Shown: positions 57,278 to 64,000 of the stretch, in pieces | How positions within the stretch are numbered: position 1 is the stretch's first letter | How the letters are laid out: every line of letters begins with the position of its first letter | Origin: a virus | IMG/VR virus record: IMGVR_UViG_3300013306_000001 | Location: 1-64,000 of that record | Length of the DNA stretch: 64,000 bases | Direction: 5' to 3' (one strand) | Position numbers and translations under genes: made by a program | Notes under the pieces: generated by a model | Told to the model about the DNA's origin: nothing | The model's input: only the letters and a program-made list of their open reading frames with translations | Databases searched by the model: none

Positions 57278-57589
57278 TTATGGATAACGAATGATCTTAA
57301 CTTTCTTCGATTTCTCTACAAGCTTTTGACGAAGTTTTTCTTGTTTATTATCTTCTTCAATTTTTAGAACAATGTCAATAATTTTCTTAGCCCTCTCTAG
57401 AGAGCCGTATGGTCCAAATTCTTTTGCAAAAGCTTCTTTGCTCATGCTGCTTGTGTAACCCATCCAATCAAGTTTAAGTCTTGCTGGATACCAAGACAAG
57501 GAGTCCTGCCATACGTGGACCTCTGCCAGATATTCTGTAACATCAACACCATCGTAGGTTTTGGTTGTCTGTTTAATGCGTGTTCTCAT
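57278..57589 (-). CDS. hypothetical protein
   Basis: GAGG RBS before MRTRIKQT. Confidence 0.6.
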   Translation of the reverse strand: MRTRIKQTTKTYDGVDVTEYLAEVHVWQDSLSWYPARLKLDWMGYTSSMSKEAFAKEFGPYGSLERAKKIIDIVLKIEEDNKQEKLRQKLVEKSKKVKIIRYP

Positions 57590-57611
57590 AATTCTTTCCT
57601 CAAGTCCACAA

Positions 57612-58288
57612 TTAGTTTCCGAAATTTTCACCATAGTAGTGAAGTTCTGCTTGTTTCCTGATGGCAACAGCTTCGTCGTAATCTTTATATGCACCTAAAC
57701 ATAATCTCTTACCATTGGTGCTTATCCTTACCCTCCAGTTACTATTTGCAGCTTCCCAAGAGACCCCTGTTGTACCAGAAGTATTGGTTATGGGGGTGTT
57801 CTTGTTGATAGCTTGTAAATAGGTATCCACCCAACGGCAATTTTCTTTTGTATAGTTGCCGTTTGGATCAATCCTGTCCAGTGTAAGATTATCAGAGTAT
57901 CCTTTGCTCATGTCCTCCCAAAACCCTTCAAAATTTTCCCACGCAGGATCGTATGAAACACCTCTCCCTCCATAACTTAGGTACGAATCATTTTTCTGGT
58001 TGTTACATCTAGCCTTCATCCCACTCCACGTTTGGTATTGCCGTGTTCCATGAAAACCATGTGTTGTGTTATTCTTACCGACCCTAACACTTGACTCTCT
58101 AAGAAGACAACCGCACGATTTTACATTTCCTTTTATAATTTGCCTTGTAAGTAACACAACGCTATTACCACAATCACAAAGACAATTCCAATAATCTGCT
58201 TGATAATGACTTTTATCCGATAAGGTCAAAGCAGTTAATCTATTAAATTTTGATTTTGAATATCTAACCCTTTATATTTTGCACTCAT
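57612..58288 (-). pseudogene. HNH-AP2 homing endonuclease with a 1-nt frameshift near the N-terminus
   Basis: WNCLCDCG, KSCGC, W.GMK.RC.N, YGGRG, LDRIDPNGNY..ENCRW and AP2 motifs; the ATG 58288 frame stops after 17 codons. Confidence 0.65.
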
Positions 58289-58289
58289 A

Positions 58290-58889
58290 TTAACTCCACA
58301 AACTCCTATGAATTTTAATCAACCGAATAAGCATTTCTTCTTCTTGTTTAAGATAGTCTTCTTTGTTCTCAAAGTCAACATTTTTTCTGTCTTTATTGGC
58401 TTTCCACCAATTATAAATCTCGTTCTGTTCAATTGCTGCAAGAGCTTGTGGTGTGAGAGTGCCATATTTAGGACTGTCAGACTCAACTCCCCAATCCTCA
58501 TCATAGGTGAGCTTCATTTCCCACTGATGTGTCTCAAGACCTTTCTCTTGCTCGATAAACTTTTCAAGCTCATAGAACAAGCAGACAGGGATACGATACA
58601 CAAGGTCGTACCATTCACCTTTCTTCAAACCACCATCAAGGACGTGAGAGTTACCTTTAGAGTTCTTCAGATAAATCTTGACAGAATAGATCAAGTCTGA
58701 AGGGAACAGGATAATGTCTTGAAGTTTGTCAATGACGTGTTCAAGCTTAGGTGTCTTGTCTACACCAGTTGAAATACGTTCTGTAAGCATATCAAAAGTA
58801 AGCGGTTTCTTAGAATCCTCTGAAAGCATCCAAGAGAATACTTTTGAGTCAGACCAGTAAGACTTTCGGTATTGTTTATAGAATTTCAT
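58290..58889 (-). CDS. hypothetical protein
   Basis: GGAG RBS before MKFYKQ; EEEMLIRLIKI.RSLW C-terminus. Confidence 0.7.
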   Translation of the reverse strand: MKFYKQYRKSYWSDSKVFSWMLSEDSKKPLTFDMLTERISTGVDKTPKLEHVIDKLQDIILFPSDLIYSVKIYLKNSKGNSHVLDGGLKKGEWYDLVYRIPVCLFYELEKFIEQEKGLETHQWEMKLTYDEDWGVESDSPKYGTLTPQALAAIEQNEIYNWWKANKDRKNVDFENKEDYLKQEEEMLIRLIKIHRSLWS

Positions 58890-58964
58890 TTTATTTCTCC
58901 ATAAAGAAAAAGGCTCACATCCCCGAAGAGACATGAGCCAAGGATAGCACATCAGATTATTGTG

Positions 58965-59156
58965 TCAAGTTTTTGTTAGGCAATTTTTACACATACAAAC
59001 GTCATTCATTTCTAATCCTTTGCTCTGTACACTGAAACACCAGCAGACGTTCTTACCTAACATAATATCGCATCGAACTGGCATTTCACATCGAGGACAA
59101 GAGTGAGTCACGTTAGATTGTGTACCAACCTTTTCCATTAGTTCTACGTAGTCCAT
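58965..59156 (-). CDS. cysteine-rich CWC-family protein
   Basis: CPRC...C...CWCF...CMCKNCL. Confidence 0.7.
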   Translation of the reverse strand: MDYVELMEKVGTQSNVTHSCPRCEMPVRCDIMLGKNVCWCFSVQSKGLEMNDVCMCKNCLTKT

Positions 59157-59163
59157 CTATACC

Positions 59164-61386
59164 TCAGTTGAAGACAATTTCACACACGCCACCACTACAG
59201 CCGACAGCTCCCATAGTATCTACATCTGTGTAGCTCTGTTGAGACAAGTCTTTAGAAAAATCTACATCAACAAAGTTTGTATTGATACTGACCCATTTAT
59301 GAAGGTTATGACAATCCTTCAACATAAAAGTAAGTTTCATAACATCTCCGTCAAAGTTCTTTTCTGCAAACTTCTTAACTCGACGTACCCAATCCCGTTT
59401 CAGCAAATCACTAGAATCTTCTGGATCAAGCTTCAATCCAAACCCAAGCGCTGTATCACATGCCATCCACAAGTTGTTACCAAATGCTTGCAATGCACCA
59501 ACAATCAAGCCAGATGCAAACATTGAGCTATCACCATACATATCCAGAATCTGCTGTGCTGTAAACACTTCAGTGAACGGAGCTTGAGCATATGCACGAT
59601 CACCCATAGAGCTGAGAAGGGAAATACCAGCAAACCACTTACGGTTGTTGTAGATATATTCCTCAACCTCATCCCAATCATCAACTGTAATAGTATTACT
59701 TACATTGTGACGAAGATCAGGGTCAACACACAGTTCATAGTTTGTACCATGTTCAATCCAATATTGCTGAGCAGTCTTAACATAATCAAGCTGTTTCACG
59801 CCCATCAAATCTGATTTGTAGATACTTCCTTCTTTACTCTCAACAGGGAAGCTAACTACAACATCTGTCCCGTTACTACTCCAAACACTTGACTCAACCA
59901 TTTTAGGGTTAGTCTTAGTAATGATGCGAGTAACCTCATCTCCAACATTCATCTGTACATTTCGTAGATATTTAGGGCTGTGTTCCCCATGAATACCTGA
60001 AGCCGTACCCAACACAACAGAGGCATTGCCACTTGGTTTTACTGCTGTAGTTCGTGCTGCTTGATTAATACCAAGAAGAATAGCAACAACAGAGTTGATA
60101 TCTTTAACAACTGTTGCACCATCAATCATGTTTTGTGGATCAAACAGAACATCAGGATTATTCATCCAACCTGTAATACTCACACCAAGTAGAGCTTCTT
60201 TTTCTGTGATTCGACGTGTAGCATCAGACAGATATTTGAAATTAGAGTAACCAGCTTGCAGAGTACCAAGGATTGCACCAGCTTTACAAGCTCGGAAGAA
60301 TGACTCTTTATCTACGCATCGACCGCCATTAATCTCCGTCAGATTACAAAATTGAAAGCCCGATTCACCATTCTCCGCAACTGGCAACATGCCAATTTCT
60401 ACACAAGGGTTGAAACAGAACTCTTTATTCTCAGTAAAGATGAAACCGGGTTCACCAAAGTCTTTAACAGATTTCATAATATTAGCCCATTCTTCACGAC
60501 TAAGTTCATCACGAACAAGCATTACAGAGTTATTGCTACGACCACGTTGAGGGTTATCAACAAACCAGTCACCAGTTTTGGCCTTCAACATCAACTCATC
60601 ATCTTTATCAAACATACAGATGGTTGCTGATCGGCGAACACCACCACTTAAAACAGCGTCAGACATATGCATAACAAAGTCATAGGCTGTGATTGTAGGA
60701 ACGCTAACACCCTCTGTTTTACCCTCAACTAATGCCTCTAGCAACGCTTCACACTTGACCAACGCACTACGCAACCCGTCTGGGCCAGGAGCTTTAAAAC
60801 CGCCGCTAATCAAAGCTCCTTTAGGTCGAATCTTATTGAAATCAAAGTGTACTTGACAGCCTTTATAATCAGGGAATGTACCGCCATCTACAAAATAGCT
60901 GCTGAACAATACGCCAAAAGCATCTGCCCAACCTTCAATTGTGTCTGGAACCTGAAAAACTTTTACTTTCTTTTCATAACGCTTATGTACTTTTGGTAGC
61001 TTAGCAATGTGATGAGATTGTACAGAGAACCCAACACCACAACCACACAACAGAAGGTACATACACTCTTGGAAGAATGCTGCGCGGTCACAATGAGATA
61101 CGGAGCAATTATACATACGAGCTTCGTGTTTAAACAGTTGCTCACCACCAAACTGTAATGCTCGTTGTGCCCCTAGCACAACTTTATCTTTATAGGCTTG
61201 TTCTGCAAAAGAGATATATTCTTCAAGCTCTGGTGTCATAACAGCAGCATATTTCTGCCGATGCATATTCATTACACGAGAGACTGATTCATCCCAAGTT
61301 TCATATCCACCCTTTACTTCGTCCCAACGAGAGTAGCCCATGTAAAACTTTGATTGACTCATCATATTTTTGCCAGCGGTATTCAT
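59164..61386 (-). CDS. nrdJ: ribonucleotide reductase, class II (NrdJ/RTPR-like)
   Basis: YSRW..ETW.E.V.RV, YNCS, GGVRRSA, NPCVEI, FCNLTEIN, VKPSG and C-terminal CSGGVC; no adjacent beta subunit visible. Confidence 0.75.
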   Translation of the reverse strand: MNTAGKNMMSQSKFYMGYSRWDEVKGGYETWDESVSRVMNMHRQKYAAVMTPELEEYISFAEQAYKDKVVLGAQRALQFGGEQLFKHEARMYNCSVSHCDRAAFFQECMYLLLCGCGVGFSVQSHHIAKLPKVHKRYEKKVKVFQVPDTIEGWADAFGVLFSSYFVDGGTFPDYKGCQVHFDFNKIRPKGALISGGFKAPGPDGLRSALVKCEALLEALVEGKTEGVSVPTITAYDFVMHMSDAVLSGGVRRSATICMFDKDDELMLKAKTGDWFVDNPQRGRSNNSVMLVRDELSREEWANIMKSVKDFGEPGFIFTENKEFCFNPCVEIGMLPVAENGESGFQFCNLTEINGGRCVDKESFFRACKAGAILGTLQAGYSNFKYLSDATRRITEKEALLGVSITGWMNNPDVLFDPQNMIDGATVVKDINSVVAILLGINQAARTTAVKPSGNASVVLGTASGIHGEHSPKYLRNVQMNVGDEVTRIITKTNPKMVESSVWSSNGTDVVVSFPVESKEGSIYKSDLMGVKQLDYVKTAQQYWIEHGTNYELCVDPDLRHNVSNTITVDDWDEVEEYIYNNRKWFAGISLLSSMGDRAYAQAPFTEVFTAQQILDMYGDSSMFASGLIVGALQAFGNNLWMACDTALGFGLKLDPEDSSDLLKRDWVRRVKKFAEKNFDGDVMKLTFMLKDCHNLHKWVSINTNFVDVDFSKDLSQQSYTDVDTMGAVGCSGGVCEIVFN

Positions 61387-61398
61387 ACAACTCCTTAT

Positions 61399-62064
61399 TT
61401 ATAAATATTTAGTTTCTTTGTTCGTAGAGTGATATAACCTAAGATTCCAAACTCTAGATGTTAAAGCTTCAGCTACATCGCTTCTAAAACAGGGCTGTAA
61501 TGCATACCAACTTACAGCTTTTTCAATTTGTATTGACTTCTCCCATTGCCAAGCCTTGTGAGCTACGAACGGATCAGATGTCATACCCAGATGTTTATAC
61601 CCTCCACCAAAACAGTTGACTCTAGCAAAGAAAGGGTTAATCAAGTTCTTTCCTTTATACCTCCTTTTGTCATAAGCAACACCCACAGGTGTAGTTGTGT
61701 TTGTTGTAACTAGCCTAAGTAAGGTATTTATCTCGTGCGGTACAAAGACACAACTATCTTCGCAATAGTGCTTGTTACCCGGCGATAATATGTCTTTATC
61801 TAGATCCATTCCTTCCCATATGAATGTCTTCATCGATAACTTAAAACTTGAGAAGTATTTCCAGTTGTCTGTTACTGTGGCCTGTTTATAAGTAGGGAAT
61901 TTCAACTTAAACTCTTCTGATTTTGTTCTCCGTAAAACATCTTTCCAACTTGCATATATGGGGCACATTGTCTGTTTACCATTGTCATCTGTAACGATCA
62001 CATTATAGTCAGCATCATTGATACCCCAACCCCAAACTAACTTATTCCTTTTCCTAAGCTGCAC
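61399..62064 (-). CDS. HNH-like homing endonuclease (paralog of 1-514)
   Basis: G.GINDADY, LDKDIL.PGNK.Y...C.FVP.EIN; C-terminus VAEAL.SRVW.LRL shared with 1-514. Confidence 0.8.
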   Translation of the reverse strand: MQLRKRNKLVWGWGINDADYNVIVTDDNGKQTMCPIYASWKDVLRRTKSEEFKLKFPTYKQATVTDNWKYFSSFKLSMKTFIWEGMDLDKDILSPGNKHYCEDSCVFVPHEINTLLRLVTTNTTTPVGVAYDKRRYKGKNLINPFFARVNCFGGGYKHLGMTSDPFVAHKAWQWEKSIQIEKAVSWYALQPCFRSDVAEALTSRVWNLRLYHSTNKETKYL

Positions 62065-62419
62065 CCTTGTGTTTCTCCATCTGCTCTAGAATCATCCCAG
62101 TGTTATTACTTTGTGCTCCCATGTTCAACAAGTCAATACGTAGGTTAAGCTCACAACTCTCTACAATAGCTTCCCAGCTCGCAGCCCCTTGAGTTAGCCA
62201 TTCACCAGTACGCTCATGACCCTGATACATCAGACAGTCTACGATATTCCCACGAAGATTACGATGTTTGCAAACTACTTCATCTACTCCCATGGCCACA
62301 TCCAATCCGTTATTAAAAAGAAATTTATTAATCTCTTCTTTATTGTCTTCCCCAAATGCTTGGGCGAACCCTTCACAGAGAAGTAAATCTGACAAACTCA
62401 AATTAAATCCTACGGCCAT
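62054..62419 (-). CDS. hypothetical protein
   Basis: MAVGFNLS...HRNLRG ORF. Confidence 0.65.
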   Translation of the reverse strand: MAVGFNLSLSDLLLCEGFAQAFGEDNKEEINKFLFNNGLDVAMGVDEVVCKHRNLRGNIVDCLMYQGHERTGEWLTQGAASWEAIVESCELNLRIDLLNMGAQSNNTGMILEQMEKHKGAA

Positions 62420-62420
62420 T

Positions 62421-62791
62421 TTATTCTTCCCCAACCAAAATACTACGAGCAGCTTCCATTACAGCATCGGAAACATCATTGAATGAATCTTTACTATCAA
62501 TAGCATTCCTAAGCTTGTTTCGATCAACACCAGCTTCTTCAAAAACTGTAAGGAAAGCACCCCAAGCTTTATCTTCAAGGTAGCAAAGTTGTTCGTAATT
62601 CATTCTGTGTACTCCTCAAAAGCTTCTTGTGGTGAACTACCACCTTCATACAGCTCAATAAACTCTACAATGTTCTCTTGTACAACCAACCAAGCATCTT
62701 CTTTCTTCATCAGGAATCCACGCTTCTTTAGGATGTTGATCAAGTCTGCAATCCAAGATGATACGTTATAGTCATCACGTTCAATAATCAT
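62421..62791 (-). other. two small acidic hypothetical ORFs (62421-62603, 62600-62791)
   Basis: Coupled ORFs with RBS. Confidence 0.6.
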
Positions 62792-62792
62792 T

Positions 62793-63452
62793 TTATTTCT
62801 CCATAACTTCTTTAAGGAACGGGAAGTATTTTACCACTTCTTCTTTACATTTGATAGCTACATCTTGATGTTCTAGTTGTGTACCGTTGGCTTCTCGTAG
62901 GGAACAATAGTGTAGCCAACTACGAACAGTACCATTCATGTACATCTTACTCATTGTCAAACCTTCTGGAAGAATAACACGAGCAACTTCTTTAGCGATG
63001 CCTTTATCTAAAGCACTTTGATAAATATCTTTTGTACGAGCTAATAGGATTTCTTGTACTTCTTCCCACCACCCGATTGTTTCATCGTCCCAACACGCCA
63101 AGCTATTTTGTCGGTTCTTTGTATCTTGCAAACGGCATTCACGAGTAATAAAGTCTGTACTTTCTGCATAACGTTGGCTGAACTCTTGAAAGCTAAAACT
63201 ACGGTGACGAAGAATCTGCCGTGCAATATCCCGTGGAGCCTCAATCTCCATTGTAATGTTACAGGTTTCAAACACTGAATAGTGGTGATGTTCTACGAAA
63301 TATTTAAGAAGCTTTGCTGCTGTGTCGAAGTTACTTTGATTCTGTGGTGCTGAGACCCGTGCGGCGAACGAAATTATACCCTCGCTATCTGGGATGTCCT
63401 CCACTACTGGTTGGGTAACTCCAATCACACGACATTTAATGAAATCAAACAT
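62793..63452 (-). CDS. thyX: flavin-dependent thymidylate synthase
   Basis: H.SVFE, RQILRHRSFSFQEFSQRY and EVAR.ILP motifs. Confidence 0.95.
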   Translation of the reverse strand: MFDFIKCRVIGVTQPVVEDIPDSEGIISFAARVSAPQNQSNFDTAAKLLKYFVEHHHYSVFETCNITMEIEAPRDIARQILRHRSFSFQEFSQRYAESTDFITRECRLQDTKNRQNSLACWDDETIGWWEEVQEILLARTKDIYQSALDKGIAKEVARVILPEGLTMSKMYMNGTVRSWLHYCSLREANGTQLEHQDVAIKCKEEVVKYFPFLKEVMEK

Positions 63453-64000
63453 TTACCTCTCCTACTACCAGTTTATAAATATCTTTAAAGTTTGTACCTA
63501 AACAGATAGACTGGACCGTTACACGGTTGAAATCATACTTTTCTGCGATTCCTTTTACTAAACCCTTAGGTGCCCGAGGGCTATCTCCTTTCCCATCAAG
63601 GTATTCTATAAGAATATTCTTAGCAACCTCATCAGAAATCATTTGGTTAAAAGGTCTTAGTCCTTGAGCTTGTCTAGCCTTCACAGCAGCATTGGATCTA
63701 ACTTTAGGATTCTTATCAAACTGATTATCCTGAGAAGTACCAAGAACAATATTCTCTTTGGATAAGTTTAAAGGATTATCATCTAAATGTCTAACATTAA
63801 TACCGGGCTGAAAAGATTCTTCTCCGTACAATACATATCCAACAAATTTATGAAACGGGAAACTGCCGCGTGTCTTATCTCCCTTACGCAAACTTATACT
63901 AAAAGACGGGTATCTTTGCTTACCGTATAGCTGAGGTTTAATTCTGTTACCAAAAGGTGTTACGAATTCCTGCGTATCAAAATCAAACCAGTACCCCCTC
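63445..64000 (-). CDS. HNH homing endonuclease, 5'-truncated by window edge
   Basis: HKFV...VRHLDDNPLN...NI..GT..DN HNH motif. Confidence 0.75.
   Translation of the reverse strand, partial: RGYWFDFDTQEFVTPFGNRIKPQLYGKQRYPSFSISLRKGDKTRGSFPFHKFVGYVLYGEESFQPGINVRHLDDNPLNLSKENIVLGTSQDNQFDKNPKVRSNAAVKARQAQGLRPFNQMISDEVAKNILIEYLDGKGDSPRAPKGLVKGIAEKYDFNRVTVQSICLGTNFKDIYKLVVGEVNV

Noticed and set aside
32254-60630. Many antisense or alternative-frame ORFs inside structural and RNR genes (e.g. 36859-37431, 37432-37947, 38074-38601, 41288-41746)
   Set aside because: These are shadow ORFs caused by codon bias of the real genes; no RBS or motifs.
1-64000. Stop-codon reassignment
   Set aside because: Core genes are intact in the standard code, and TAA, TAG and TGA all end genes. 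No suppressor tRNA was found; the UCU loop reading is preferred over CUA.
1-64000. Prophage or temperate lifestyle
   Set aside because: No integrase, repressor or host genes in the window. The single GC-rich gene is better explained as a captured accessory gene.

Overview
This window is a 64-kb slice of a lytic, AT-rich myovirus genome. The host is probably Pseudomonas and the layout resembles PAK_P1/phiPsa374-type phages; both points are inferred from gene order and protein motifs, not from a database search. (1) 1-7.9 kb, + strand: early cassettes of small unknown ORFs, most behind a near-consensus sigma70 promoter with an A/C-rich leader. (2) 7.9-8.5 kb: non-coding convergence zone next to a RepL-like wHTH gene. 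(3) 8.5-24.3 kb, - strand: accessory genes (SLOG/DprA-like, Dam-type MTase, PTH2-like, dCMP deaminase, cupin, ClpP-like, PhoH). (4) A divergently transcribed PolA/T7-RNAP-like (TV-Pol-like) gene at 24.6-25.9 kb. (5) An unusual RNA locus at 26.4-28.7 kb with a large structured ncRNA, a rearranged tRNA-like RNA (UCU loop), an array of hairpins displaying anti-Shine-Dalgarno CUCCU loops, an atypical tRNA(CAU) and a tRNA 3' remnant. (6) The packaging, head, contractile-tail and lysis operon. Here TerL is split in its Walker A motif by a 228-nt ORF-less group I intron, the tail chaperone has a predicted -1 frameshift, and a transglutaminase-like gene follows the tail fibre. (7) Nucleotide metabolism genes on the - strand (NrdJ-like RNR, ThyX). 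About nine free-standing HNH or GIY-YIG homing endonuclease genes are scattered throughout. All calls are by eye.
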